From IMG/VR virus record IMGVR_UViG_3300028591_000072, positions 160,001-224,000 of that record: DNA of 64,000 bases; one strand, written 5' to 3'. Source of the DNA: a virus. Lineage: Duplodnaviria > Caudoviricetes. Made by a program: the position numbers and the translations under genes. Positions 49,301 through 58,874 of this stretch are shown here, piece by piece. The notes under the pieces are model-generated. The model saw nothing but the letters and a program-made list of their open reading frames with translations, had not been told where the DNA came from and made no database searches. The number at the start of each line of letters is the position of its first letter. Position 1 is the stretch's first letter.

Positions 49301-50642
49301 TCTTGAAAAAGCAGGTTCTTTTGTTTTCCCATTTAAGCCAATTTTGAATTATTATGTAAAAGAACATATAAAAATAGGCGGTGTCGAATACGATAATTTT
49401 GATAAATTCATGCAGAAATTAATAAAAAATAAGAAATTAATGCCAATTAATTACCTTAATTCGTTAAGCCCTGTTGGGAATGGTGATGTTGTTTTTTGTG
49501 TAGGCGTTAAAACAATCCAAAGTAGTGAAGATATAAACGTTGTATCTCAGGTGTATAAGGTTTATCCTAATATTACAAAGGCAATAACGACAGGAAACGG
49601 CTCTTATGATTTAATAATAACATCTGAACAGGAAGGTAATTGTATCTTCTATCATTGTGGTGGAAAAGTTGATATGTCTGTTGGTTGTGGTTCTCCATGT
49701 AATATTGTATTTGAATCTGAGGGGTTATGGTGCTATTATGAAATCAATGGCGAAATGTATTATGGAAGACATGAAGTTACGTTTGATGGCATAAATAAAG
49801 TACCAATTTCAATTTGCGCAGATTATTATACTGTCCCTACAAATACGACACCAAGGTCGTGTAAATTTAAAATATATTCAGTATTTGGTGCTATTCGTGA
49901 TACTTATGAATTAACTGTAATACAATATTCAGATTACACTGGAAGTATTTCTGTTAATGAAGGTCCAATTATTCTTGAGTGTAGGCATAGTGATGTTACT
50001 ATACCGTTTGATAGTTCGGGACAAATGCTTGTTTATGTTTCAACTGAGCCTGTATATACTGAAAGTGATTGGATTCAAATAAGTAATAGTCCTGTGCAGG
50101 TAACTGAAAATGCAAATGTAACTGTCGTAGTTAGGTATAATGGTGGCGAACAACAAAGAAGCGTGTTAGTTGTACTAACTCCTGAGTGCGGCGAGGCTAA
50201 ACGTGTTAAAATTATTCAGAATTCGCCTAAAGTACCTCCGTTTAATGTTATAGCAAATAAGATTAGGACTAATCATGGGTATTTACCTCAACATGATGGT
50301 GAAGACCATTATTCTTATGATGCTAAACTTCTTCTTGAGTTCCCTGATTTGGAAATGCTTGAAAATTATAACATAGTAATTGAGTGTGAAATTGAGACAA
50401 AGGTTTATGATTTTGATGAGAAAAAACTTAAATATAACTATTATACTCAGTATTTAACATTATACAAAGACTTTATAACAAGTCAATTGCCATACGGAGG
50501 TGTTCATGTCTGGGTAGGTGGCCAAGCTGCTGATTATGATTTAAGGTGTACTTCAATAAAGGTTATTGATGGATATAATGGGCACTATACTGATTTTAAT
50601 AATAAGGTTAATATAACAAATAACGCTAGCCAATGGGGATAA
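43371..50642 (+). CDS. Very large putative virion (baseplate/fibre-associated) protein with an N-terminal carboxypeptidase-regulatory-like beta-sandwich and C-terminal BACON-like domains
   Basis: VVGRVIANNGFGIPNAKISIF...TRTNNSGDYMICGVPVG, an internal hydrophobic segment, and C-terminal W...VTV.V.YN....RS...I.Q repeats. Located in the structural cluster. Confidence 0.55.
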   Translation: MADTNKSYRIRTRIGSENTDEYITVNADLVQDYDTFEVLSVNIKSKDAYSLHNSNYGVVVGRVIANNGFGIPNAKISIFISADSNETGDISYLYPFSSSVSKDRNGVKYNLLPNERVDGCHQQVGTFPSKRYALDNDVILEVYDKYYTYTTRTNNSGDYMICGVPVGAHTLHMDLDLSDCGILSQKPRDFVYKGYTIEQFESPTKFKSGTDFNNLSQIFTQDQVVNVNPFWGNSDIGETIGITRADIDVNFKFESTCVFMGSIFSDNSSNGFSKKCIPTENMGNMEELVTGEGKIEMIRKTPGGNIEQFVINGNKLINANGVWCYQIPMNLDYMVTDEYGNMVPTDNPEKGLATRASVRFRISMEDTEENTDNFFRGKVLVPNNPQKAIIENIGQNGITAFASVSKESYDYEFGTYTKEDSFRDLFWNNVYSVKSYVPRIQKSANWNSKPRFSGIKHCQNYGPNNPIPYNNIRIKLPLMFAIMCALIKAYIFIVSIINTVTVWIFRILAWIADNVYSDLFEWPNRLVGRVANSMCNLRLIVLKDGLCPDLENWYFAPSMNTEKSNTNPYYFSGYTSHEKIQEGFAVAYFGGSAKHGEDDDGYDYSENGFKSGMTLMDCDNRHCTGGTVPQSFDEARKSDKLCWSVNIMERTLGSIASEEFEQDDGVSIDAANNEEKGVEPICITKKTDYLISCIEMNLAQEYKVINFDFYNDWINGAIYNPRWVRYVKKKVRFLWITWANEKVKGCMDDSRIFSLQRYYVQQCAIGYEKKTIDGYNTISNVSNPLTNPDDKKIVVRSNNFHKKHGMKLYRVFGLNGGICHELTTTKGQKVYYLKPCEFDKSGKKVNLFATDIILLGTFNDCDINGVPKTFQHLTSSTYIMPTNLALTNMDTNGPLYAKDNGTICLGNGEVVENNIKEIEQTIKSEIEYYKGTQQDISPQNRFMDNETFGDTMAITEAAGISWNYTGPSQGNIDEKKMYYPGGHFLGLSCVNAQTNIKTCLNLSRICEIGTEMSQRKENVRSVNENGFSYTYSVPTGFISGDDISDVDFRSMFATLNKKRLKATKRNNSTGYKFYDFEFSSQRNFDGAFRELVYEQYPDGNPYNMKIKQVEEDLSEYGIRNGNDRNDFDSEEADNTQTRTMESFNLDYYLFRFGLTYDKANKGSEKFLIREYDDESKSNKYYLPQYENSFYFYFGLQNGATALDEFNKQFYAECDEIKVKKEPKLFLISDITSFCEGKGTIQAMTEGISVPYQSIEVYCHETKEKYVIGERLEYDAEIAVLNQETFYIPKEEESAHTFDFGKYTVTVTDEDGIVVSNDVELGIDLFTYSYSVVNFNVNCDSDNWYSSEISVFDGGFVAVENFSSAYNDDSVEYRFELMSEDEDWYNGEWMSVLYNDAVDHIVDEEHDIDWYVAFGRKKDIKYGIYLRYKCKDSDNFVNIRIGEVKFKDNSDVQLRIGYKDSDANFDPFTKNYGDIIVNQYRDWWWDSNTLDIGAELHQDLDWRWFLRKMFFKQKNDDTFDSNVFAVGGRKVLWGVPQSRNMAQLNGWDRIYCSDRIYELPSGTYLDDTRTITPTYGTNVCGYVDSDDSDTMSKSVGGNKGNGTCTYHYCAQAYNGTDVSGYFGFAYDRNNYYGHGKLFEMWNGYKFFHEGYGCVFKPLPFGNLIFFEYNGADDLLEQIEERTDTLFGVVYPTFIYPVIKRPFFANFKMVIWNENGVASKISDDGEYILSNINKNYGAKILLNIRNGITYNRKFSQIEFFDENLENVSVEYGDTHGLGETSSEDRIHTINWYKNICFDTFNQGEYNNSIDLHITEGYPETLGYNYANGYHLNKSYDFLENIVYGIEGNKITFATALNDIENNVEYYVGHYNLSSDGIEFLSTKSIYSDDKYACTSTTSTLYNVVLCVAGCKFKESENIHVSKWYRDVFVELYGFHNYTWVIKYEYKDAYGTEQEFTDSFYSTKPLNGVLDSIYNGETFFLEKAGSFVFPFKPILNYYVKEHIKIGGVEYDNFDKFMQKLIKNKKLMPINYLNSLSPVGNGDVVFCVGVKTIQSSEDINVVSQVYKVYPNITKAITTGNGSYDLIITSEQEGNCIFYHCGGKVDMSVGCGSPCNIVFESEGLWCYYEINGEMYYGRHEVTFDGINKVPISICADYYTVPTNTTPRSCKFKIYSVFGAIRDTYELTVIQYSDYTGSISVNEGPIILECRHSDVTIPFDSSGQMLVYVSTEPVYTESDWIQISNSPVQVTENANVTVVVRYNGGEQQRSVLVVLTPECGEAKRVKIIQNSPKVPPFNVIANKIRTNHGYLPQHDGEDHYSYDAKLLLEFPDLEMLENYNIVIECEIETKVYDFDEKKLKYNYYTQYLTLYKDFITSQLPYGGVHVWVGGQAADYDLRCTSIKVIDGYNGHYTDFNNKVNITNNASQWG

Positions 50643-53482
50643 TGACAAAAATATTTTTAGAAGAAAACAGAAGTGTTCGTTCAAATAATGTCGGACATGA
50701 TTTAAATATTGATTTTGATGTTAAAAAACGGCTTTTACCAGATGAAAATCTAGTAGATGACTTTTCTTTATATCAACAATATTTGAGAGAGCGTGATGAG
50801 TGTTGTAAATATAGGATAATATTGAATGTTAATGCCCTTTGTACAAATGTTTTGTTTAATTCAATTACAGAAATTGTCATAGATGAAGGTAGCGATACCT
50901 GCAAATGCCTTAATTTTTTTAATGGTGGTCTTAATAAAGCCACATTTGCAAAAAATGCTGTAAATGCGAAAAATCCAATTAAGTATATTGATGCCATAAG
51001 AAATACAGAATATTCACATCCAAAAAATGGAAAGTTTATTTATCATTGTGGCGTTGATATTTTTAACAATCATATGCTTAGGAAAAAGAATTTTGTTCAT
51101 ATTAATAAAATAAATAATGACAATGTTGAAACCTTAACAAATTGTTCACATGTTTATAATACATTGCAGGATTATTTACGTGATGCAAAAGGAAATATCA
51201 TAAAAGATACAATAAACATTTATCAATCCCAAAATTGGAATGGGGAACAATATAATTATATGCATGTGTATAATACTGATTCTTTGCAGTCGTTAAGAAA
51301 GTCATTTTATGAAAAGTGTTATGATAAAGATGGGTGGTGGGGATTTACAAATCCTGGAATGATTAATATAAACACAACAAGTTCTTCGTCAATATCAACA
51401 AATGAGATGCTTTCAAATAATAAGCCATGCGAGTTTATTGATATGTATCCTGACAGAAGCCTATTTTCTTTTGTTCCAAAATATAACAAAATCAGAAGGC
51501 GTGTAGAAAACAATTGGGATTATTGTATTACTTATCCGAGTTCAAAGGATTATGACCTAATAGATACTATTTGCGGTGGAAAAAACGGTGCTGTTAAGGC
51601 TATGGTAAAAATTGTTACGGCATCAAGTGGCGTAAAATTGCTTCAATGCACTAGTTTTTTTAAACATACATTTACTGTTAGCTCTTATGTTAATTTTTAT
51701 TATTATATGTTATGGGGAGGAGAAAAACCGGAAACTGTTGATACTAAAAATTTCATTAGGCCGTTAAAAACAGAATATTATTCACAAAAGCAAGAAGAAC
51801 AGGAACAAGAAGAATCAAAGCGTGAAGAAGAAATTGAGTACACTGAAGATGATTTGTCGTTTCAAAAATATCAAAAAGAAATACGTATATTTTCAGTTGG
51901 CGATTTAAATGGAAATAATAGGGAGCGTGTTTTTTCTGTTAGGTATGATGATATTAAGGATTTGTATGATAATTTTGCTGCATTTGGGTGCTTTTATAAA
52001 AAGTCTATAAACAATACTGAATGCTCATATTATGCGAGAAAATTTAAAAAAATAAAGAATGATGAAGGTGAAAATTTAATGAGTGATGTAAATAAAACGG
52101 CATTCTCAAAAAACATATATGGGGATGATATTGCTCAAATTATTTTTACTGACGGAGTTGATTTATGCGGTATTAAGGATGAGAATGGAAGAGATGTTTC
52201 TGACATATATTTTACTGTAATTAAAAGGAATGCCGGAAATGAATTGTGGTATAAAGAAAAAAATACGTCAAATTCGAAAATTGAAGAATCCCATTGTTTT
52301 GGTACATTAACAAGTGGAATTGATTTCAGTGGCGTTGATGTGAACGAAGAGCCTTTTGATTATAACGTACATTATTTGCACAATTTGGATGAAACGGTTT
52401 GTTATGATGAAGAGACAAATGTAGAAAACAAGCCGGCAAGAAATACGTTTTCTGCTTGGGGCGATACTATTTTGGCAGGAATGCCTAAGTTTATTGAAAG
52501 CGGAATAACAATAAATAATGACGAATTTTATGGCGATATTGTTGAATTTGACAATTATAATTATGAAACACATGTAATAGGAAACATATGCCATAGGTTT
52601 AATACTGCACAACGAGAATGCTTTGACCTTGCTTTTAGGGACATGAAATACGATGTTATTTCGTATGATGATTATGACCAAGTTAATCTTGGAAGGTCTT
52701 TTACGGTTGATACATATTATTGTAACGATGTTTTTACTAGTCTTCATAAAGTAACAGATACGGCGACTACTGATAATTTGATGTATGCAAATATAATGCC
52801 TGAAGGATATTTTTACAATCCGCATAATAGAATACAAATTAAAGAAGTTGGCTCTGTGCTGCATTCTGATGCCTATTATATAAATTATGGCGAGTGCGAT
52901 TTTAAATTTGATGCAAATGGAATAATGCTCAAGGCTCTTGTTCCTGACGATTACGGGTTTATTAAGGGTGATTATGTGGCAATGTATGACAAAACAAATG
53001 GTGAAATTGTTTGGGGTGTTATATATGGGATTAATGACTTGTGGCTTAGTGTATATATGGGTTATGAAGATTTTTATGGGCTTGACATAGCAAATCATAC
53101 AGATTATTTTTTGCCTGATAATGGCGCTAGACGATATTTTATGTTTTGGACAAAAAATAGTGTTCCTACTTATGCAAAACTTAGTGTTGAAACAAAAACA
53201 TTTTCTTGGAGGAATACATTGAAGATGTCGGAAATTAGAACTGATAGTAAATTTTACGACATGCCATTTTCAAATGGGTACAATTATGTCCAAAAAAACA
53301 TTAACTTTTTTGTTAAACGGCAAGACCCGCATGGCGAATATGGGCTTTCATACCCAAAGTTCAAAGATAATGCGCCTTATGTTTTTAATGTAATGTCAAA
53401 ATATATAATGGAAGGTGCTGACAAAACTGACCTGTCTAAGCATGGTTATGTTGACAATAAGGATTTAAATATTTGTTATTAA
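50633..53482 (+). CDS. Putative structural protein (baseplate region)
   Basis: 949-aa ORF coupled to its neighbours, with an alternative start at ATG 50642 (TAATG overlap). Function inferred from context only. Confidence 0.5.
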   Translation: MGIMTKIFLEENRSVRSNNVGHDLNIDFDVKKRLLPDENLVDDFSLYQQYLRERDECCKYRIILNVNALCTNVLFNSITEIVIDEGSDTCKCLNFFNGGLNKATFAKNAVNAKNPIKYIDAIRNTEYSHPKNGKFIYHCGVDIFNNHMLRKKNFVHINKINNDNVETLTNCSHVYNTLQDYLRDAKGNIIKDTINIYQSQNWNGEQYNYMHVYNTDSLQSLRKSFYEKCYDKDGWWGFTNPGMININTTSSSSISTNEMLSNNKPCEFIDMYPDRSLFSFVPKYNKIRRRVENNWDYCITYPSSKDYDLIDTICGGKNGAVKAMVKIVTASSGVKLLQCTSFFKHTFTVSSYVNFYYYMLWGGEKPETVDTKNFIRPLKTEYYSQKQEEQEQEESKREEEIEYTEDDLSFQKYQKEIRIFSVGDLNGNNRERVFSVRYDDIKDLYDNFAAFGCFYKKSINNTECSYYARKFKKIKNDEGENLMSDVNKTAFSKNIYGDDIAQIIFTDGVDLCGIKDENGRDVSDIYFTVIKRNAGNELWYKEKNTSNSKIEESHCFGTLTSGIDFSGVDVNEEPFDYNVHYLHNLDETVCYDEETNVENKPARNTFSAWGDTILAGMPKFIESGITINNDEFYGDIVEFDNYNYETHVIGNICHRFNTAQRECFDLAFRDMKYDVISYDDYDQVNLGRSFTVDTYYCNDVFTSLHKVTDTATTDNLMYANIMPEGYFYNPHNRIQIKEVGSVLHSDAYYINYGECDFKFDANGIMLKALVPDDYGFIKGDYVAMYDKTNGEIVWGVIYGINDLWLSVYMGYEDFYGLDIANHTDYFLPDNGARRYFMFWTKNSVPTYAKLSVETKTFSWRNTLKMSEIRTDSKFYDMPFSNGYNYVQKNINFFVKRQDPHGEYGLSYPKFKDNAPYVFNVMSKYIMEGADKTDLSKHGYVDNKDLNICY

Positions 53483-53483
53483 T

Positions 53484-55430
53484 ATGGATTCTGTAAAAAT
53501 AAACATTAATGCGCCAACAAATGGGATGGTTAAGCTAAATATTGCTACTATAACAGAAAAAAACGGTGAATTGAACATTAAATTAAGTGATAACGCTTGC
53601 TATTCGATAAATCCTGGCGATAAACTATATTTCAGAAGAATAGTTAGATGTAAAAACAGTGACGTTGTTTATGAAGAGTTTGTTATTGTCAAGGAAGAAG
53701 ATTCTGACCATGTATTGCATACAACATTGCTTGAGAACAGAAAAACATTTCTTGAAGATAATTTTTTTAATGTAAAATATAATGAGAATGAATTATATCA
53801 TATAATTTGGTGTTCAGAACCACATTATTTATATGGGCAAGATATAGAAGAAAGCGGAAATCAGGCGATTTATTTTAAGAAATTAGACGGTTCTATTGTT
53901 GGTACATGTAGCGGAATCAGGCCATTAAACATCTATAGGAAAGATGAATTTATCAAAGATGATTGCTTTGTTTATAGCGATTTTGAAGAAACTTGTGGCA
54001 AAGAATATGGACGTGTTGAAACAAAACATTATCATTTTTTGCCTGATGGCGAAAGTAGATTTGGGTTTATTTTGACTGATTTCAATGAATTCGAGATACC
54101 GAATGCTGATTATATAGAAACTAAGTTTAATCCGTTTTATTATTACACAATGAAGATGGGAATACCTAAAGGACAAGATGAAGAGCATTGGCAACAAGAA
54201 GAACAACGTGGAAAACAACAAGCAACAATTGAAGCATCTTTAGTCCCAATAGAATTTGATGATTATGGAAAACCAATAAAGCATTGCCATTTATATGGCG
54301 ATGTGTGGTTTGATTCACTTAATGATTCTGACAATGTTAAGTATGTTAATGATTATTATAACAGTGTTAACGTCATTGCTGATGAAGAATATTATTCCGT
54401 AACACTTGGATTATCTGGTGATATGAATGAATCTACGTTGGGAAATGAAGATTATTTTTCAGAACAATTTTCTGAAAATATTGAAGAAACATTAATACCT
54501 GAGTTTATTGATATGGAACGTGTTAAATATGTTCCTTATGGAAGAAGATACACTGGACATCCATTGACTTCAATAACAATTTATCCTCATTTTAGACAAA
54601 GGGCAATTATTGATGAAGAAAATAATACAAATACACAGTCAACATCAGGAAATATGTATTATGATGGGTGGTATGTTGATTCTGACAACTATAATGCCTA
54701 TTGGAATGGATATTATGGCAATGGAAGTGTTGAATCAATAAATGAATTTGTTGATGCCAGTGGAAAAACATCTGATTTGATTGGATTTCTTAATTTTACT
54801 GATAATGACATTTATTATAGAAAAAATAAAGTTAGTAAATCATTTTTCAGGTTTTCTTTTTATAATTCAACAGACCCAATTGAACAAAAATTACTTTATT
54901 ATTCAACTGTATTTATTGACAGTGGCGAACTTTTAAGTAAATTTTTAAAGCAAAGTGCATTTATCCAAGATTCATTGGGCGAAAATGTAATTATTAATGA
55001 TATAAATCTTGATGAAGATGGAAATTGCAAAAATGAAAATGTGAAAGTTGTTTTTTGTGAAAATAAAAATGTTGGTGCAAGAATTGATTCAACAATAGCA
55101 ATTACAAACGAATATGAAAGAAGCAGGTCATCAGAAGGGTTTAATTTGTATTTGTTTGCTGATGATGTCCCGGAAGGAAATGAAGGAAAAACTATTTATA
55201 TGAAAATTGAGTTCAATCATGCTGGTAATGGAAAAACAATACCAATGATTGTTCTTCCAACGACAGAAAAACTTACAACAAAGAATTTCTTTGAATATCT
55301 TTACATACCAATTAAAATTGAAAAGTACAATGGAAAATATGTTTATAGAATAATGAAGGCCTATGACCATAGTAATGGTAATGCTGACCTATGCTTATTT
55401 GAAGCCAAACTTGAATATGAAGACGATTAA
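53484..55430 (+). CDS. Putative structural protein
   Basis: 648-aa ORF with a TAAtATG junction to the previous gene. Function inferred from context only. Confidence 0.5.
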   Translation: MDSVKININAPTNGMVKLNIATITEKNGELNIKLSDNACYSINPGDKLYFRRIVRCKNSDVVYEEFVIVKEEDSDHVLHTTLLENRKTFLEDNFFNVKYNENELYHIIWCSEPHYLYGQDIEESGNQAIYFKKLDGSIVGTCSGIRPLNIYRKDEFIKDDCFVYSDFEETCGKEYGRVETKHYHFLPDGESRFGFILTDFNEFEIPNADYIETKFNPFYYYTMKMGIPKGQDEEHWQQEEQRGKQQATIEASLVPIEFDDYGKPIKHCHLYGDVWFDSLNDSDNVKYVNDYYNSVNVIADEEYYSVTLGLSGDMNESTLGNEDYFSEQFSENIEETLIPEFIDMERVKYVPYGRRYTGHPLTSITIYPHFRQRAIIDEENNTNTQSTSGNMYYDGWYVDSDNYNAYWNGYYGNGSVESINEFVDASGKTSDLIGFLNFTDNDIYYRKNKVSKSFFRFSFYNSTDPIEQKLLYYSTVFIDSGELLSKFLKQSAFIQDSLGENVIINDINLDEDGNCKNENVKVVFCENKNVGARIDSTIAITNEYERSRSSEGFNLYLFADDVPEGNEGKTIYMKIEFNHAGNGKTIPMIVLPTTEKLTTKNFFEYLYIPIKIEKYNGKYVYRIMKAYDHSNGNADLCLFEAKLEYEDD

Positions 55431-55432
55431 AA

Positions 55433-58009
55433 ATGGAAATAATACGAAAGAAAATATGCTTTGACAAACTTTTGAGCCATAGGAATGGAATTGTTCCATA
55501 TGTACCAAAAGATTGTGATTATGTTGGGACTGAGTATGTAAAAACAATTTTTTCAAAAAGTAATTATGGGTCTTTTCCTTGTGATGTGGCTTTAATAAAT
55601 TCAAAACTCGTTTCTGATACTGAAACAGGCTTGTCTTATAGGGAAAACAGGGAGATTTCAAGACTTAGATATCTTGATGTTATTTCTTGGTATAACACAT
55701 GTAATGAAATAGTAAAAAACGGAATTGTCCTAAAAAAAATACCATATAACAAAGCAAATACAGACCCGTGCAATAAGCAAACACAAAATACAGATATACA
55801 AGCGTATGATTTAATTGGGTGGACTGAAGATGAAGAAGTTTCAATGTATAATTGTAAAATGGTTGATGGTGATTTTTTGAATTTTGATTCAAATGGTGTA
55901 TTTGTTATTTGTGAAGATGTCATTAATAAGTATAGCGATTTGTCATTAAGGTATGGACCTGAATTTGATGCAAGCGAAATGTCTGACGAAGATAATAGTT
56001 TTATTAGCAAGTACAATATGTTTGTAGGTGAAAATTATGACGGGATACTTTTTACTGATGAAAACATCTTTATTGTTAATGGATACGATGACTATTTTAA
56101 ATTAGAAAGAAATTGGAATTCTTGGTGGTCTAAAAATTGGGGGTATTGTTCTTTTAATCCAAGTCATGTTGAAGTTGAAGACCACGATAATTTTCCTGTT
56201 GTTCGTTCAACTGACAATAGTTTTTCTTATACTGATTGGGAACAGTATGTGTTTGAATACGCATATCATAAGCCGATTTCGCTAAAATTTATATATGATG
56301 TTGAAAAATATTTTTTGGGGCGTGTTAAAGTTCCTGAATCCTATTCAGGAAAAAAAATAGAAGGTGTTAAGGTTCCAAATTATGTTTTTTATTTTAATTA
56401 TATGGACTATTTGGAGTGGTTTAATACAAATGAAGAGTATTTGGACTCAAATGATGTAGTTAGAACAGAATGGGAAAAACGTGGAGGATATGCGTTTAAA
56501 AATTTTTTGTCTTCAATTTTTCCTGTTTTTCTTGATGATAATGATGAGCCATTAGAAGGAAGTGTTGCGTATTTTAGATTTGTGTCTCCAAATATTGAAA
56601 TACAAATTTCATTTTGTGATGAATTTAATAATGAAACAAGTTATATCCCTTATGAATATTCGATAGTTGATAATAATGTAACGAATGGAACTATTGAATA
56701 CGTAAAGGGCGAAGAAGGTCTTGCTTGTTCTGCGTTAACGCCTTCATTTATGACATTTGACAAGAGCGTATATACAGAATCAAAGTTGAATACACTTATT
56801 TCAAATGATGTTTATTACATTAATAATGATATCTATGGTGTGTTTGATAATTTTGATAGTGGCGGATGTTTGTTTAAGTGTAAATTTTTCACCGGAAAAT
56901 CAGAAGGTGACATTAGTAAATACACGAGTGGGTATGTTAAGTACTACGCAAAGCAGAGCGATGATACGTGGAATGAAATAAAAACGGTTATAATTCCTGA
57001 AAAATATATTGAAACGACAAAGCCTGATGTTCTTCCAAAAACGCATTCAAATGCATATCAAGTTGTTGGAATAAAAAGCGGAAGCGTTATAACTACGACA
57101 TCGGTAATTCAAACTTCTGAAGGTTCTCCTTATTATGTTGATGAAGATAAACTCAAGATTGTGTCTGCTATAACAACATATAATAAAACATCAAAAATCT
57201 CATATACATGGTGTGAATGTGAAAAAGTAAGTAATACAACCGGAATTGGGTGTGGGGATGGCGAAAATATTGAGTTTAATGGCTCCAATAAATATAGGAA
57301 TATTTTAACACTATCTTGTGCCCCAAGTGTATCTGAAAATATATCAAATGGCTCAACATATTATTACATGGCAAAGTATGATAATGGATATACTGATATT
57401 GGTGGTGGACAAGAAATAAATTCAAAGACAAATAAAATAAAATCATTTAGGGTTCCATTTGTCGTTGGTGAACAAAAGAATATGGAAACATATTCAGGCG
57501 ATTTTTCTAATGTTGCAAAGTATGATATGGTTTTAAAACAATCGTTTGATGATAGTGGAGTTACGTTTGACTATGTAATTGGTGCAACTCTTGGAGGGGA
57601 TGTTAATAAGACAGGAATCCATTATATGGATAGATATCAATATGGAGGAAATGTGTTTGTTAAAACTGTTATTGATGGCTTGTATGAAGCGGATATTCTT
57701 TATGAAAAAATAAATTTTGAAAACAATATGAAATTGGTATATAGTGAAGACTTAAATGCAAATAGAATGTGTAATGTTGCTGAAATAACAGGAATGGAAG
57801 TTGGAACACAATGGACAAGCGAAAGTTCTGTTTTTGCCTATTTATTTACAGAAGATACATTTGACAATTTGATGGAATATCCTAAGATATCTGTTGATAT
57901 ATCATATAATAGGGGGAATGCTGCTGCTTGGGAAAAACATTTTAAATTGTCTGAATGCAACACATTTGATGATTTAATTAACTATGGGAATAATTATTTT
58001 AATTTATAA
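55433..58009 (+). CDS. Putative structural protein
   Basis: 858-aa ORF in the same operon. Function inferred from context only. Confidence 0.5.
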   Translation: MEIIRKKICFDKLLSHRNGIVPYVPKDCDYVGTEYVKTIFSKSNYGSFPCDVALINSKLVSDTETGLSYRENREISRLRYLDVISWYNTCNEIVKNGIVLKKIPYNKANTDPCNKQTQNTDIQAYDLIGWTEDEEVSMYNCKMVDGDFLNFDSNGVFVICEDVINKYSDLSLRYGPEFDASEMSDEDNSFISKYNMFVGENYDGILFTDENIFIVNGYDDYFKLERNWNSWWSKNWGYCSFNPSHVEVEDHDNFPVVRSTDNSFSYTDWEQYVFEYAYHKPISLKFIYDVEKYFLGRVKVPESYSGKKIEGVKVPNYVFYFNYMDYLEWFNTNEEYLDSNDVVRTEWEKRGGYAFKNFLSSIFPVFLDDNDEPLEGSVAYFRFVSPNIEIQISFCDEFNNETSYIPYEYSIVDNNVTNGTIEYVKGEEGLACSALTPSFMTFDKSVYTESKLNTLISNDVYYINNDIYGVFDNFDSGGCLFKCKFFTGKSEGDISKYTSGYVKYYAKQSDDTWNEIKTVIIPEKYIETTKPDVLPKTHSNAYQVVGIKSGSVITTTSVIQTSEGSPYYVDEDKLKIVSAITTYNKTSKISYTWCECEKVSNTTGIGCGDGENIEFNGSNKYRNILTLSCAPSVSENISNGSTYYYMAKYDNGYTDIGGGQEINSKTNKIKSFRVPFVVGEQKNMETYSGDFSNVAKYDMVLKQSFDDSGVTFDYVIGATLGGDVNKTGIHYMDRYQYGGNVFVKTVIDGLYEADILYEKINFENNMKLVYSEDLNANRMCNVAEITGMEVGTQWTSESSVFAYLFTEDTFDNLMEYPKISVDISYNRGNAAAWEKHFKLSECNTFDDLINYGNNYFNL

Positions 58010-58015
58010 TATGTA

Positions 58016-58873
58016 ATGAGTACAGGAGTTTTTGGTTCAATAAGGCCGGCAAGTATAAATCCAAGCCTTGATGTTGAAATGTATTATCAATATAAGCCAT
58101 CAAGAGGCGAAACTGATAGCGATTTTAACGGGTATAAGTCGTTATCTCCAAGCGAGTGCCTTTCTTATTGTGTTAGGGATTCAGATGAAAAAAACATAAT
58201 TGGATTGTATAATTTGAAATTACCGTTAAAGTATTTTAACAAAAAGGGGATTTATAGTATATATATAAAGCCAAAGGAATGTGAAACAACAATAATTGAT
58301 GTTAGTGTTCTTGCTGCGTATCCAAACGTAAAAGGCGTAGTTTTAAATATTAATGGTGGTGACTTGAATGGACTTACAGATTTGACTGGATATAGGATAG
58401 ATTACGGAGATGGGGTTTCTAGACTGATAAAATCTTGTAATAGATGTGAGCCTGTTATTGTTAATACTGGTGATGGGTATCCTAAAACCACAAGATATAA
58501 TTTAACTGATACAAGCAGTAATTTGGTGTTCTGCACGGTTAGTCCTTCTTCAGCACCAACATTTAAGACAAACGCAAATCCGTATATAGGGGAGCCTGGC
58601 CTTTCTGTTAAGGTTGTTAATACAAAATTTAGCCCAAAACTGATTGAAATAGAAATGGTGGACCATGATGCGGACACAATATCATATATGCTTGAAGGTG
58701 ACCAAGCTAATGATAGGGATAATGCTATGATTACAACTTATAACGAAAAGCATGAAATATATCATCAATCAGATTATTATGTACTTAAGGATAGACTAGG
58801 AAATCCTTTATACAATGTAAAGAAAAAGAGAACAAATATAGACCATAGTCAAGATTACGAAAATATAATATAA
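58016..58873 (+). CDS. Putative structural (baseplate) protein
   Basis: 285-aa beta-rich ORF (GLYNLKLP...KGIYSIYIKP) in the structural operon. Confidence 0.5.
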   Translation: MSTGVFGSIRPASINPSLDVEMYYQYKPSRGETDSDFNGYKSLSPSECLSYCVRDSDEKNIIGLYNLKLPLKYFNKKGIYSIYIKPKECETTIIDVSVLAAYPNVKGVVLNINGGDLNGLTDLTGYRIDYGDGVSRLIKSCNRCEPVIVNTGDGYPKTTRYNLTDTSSNLVFCTVSPSSAPTFKTNANPYIGEPGLSVKVVNTKFSPKLIEIEMVDHDADTISYMLEGDQANDRDNAMITTYNEKHEIYHQSDYYVLKDRLGNPLYNVKKKRTNIDHSQDYENII

Positions 58874-58874
58874 T

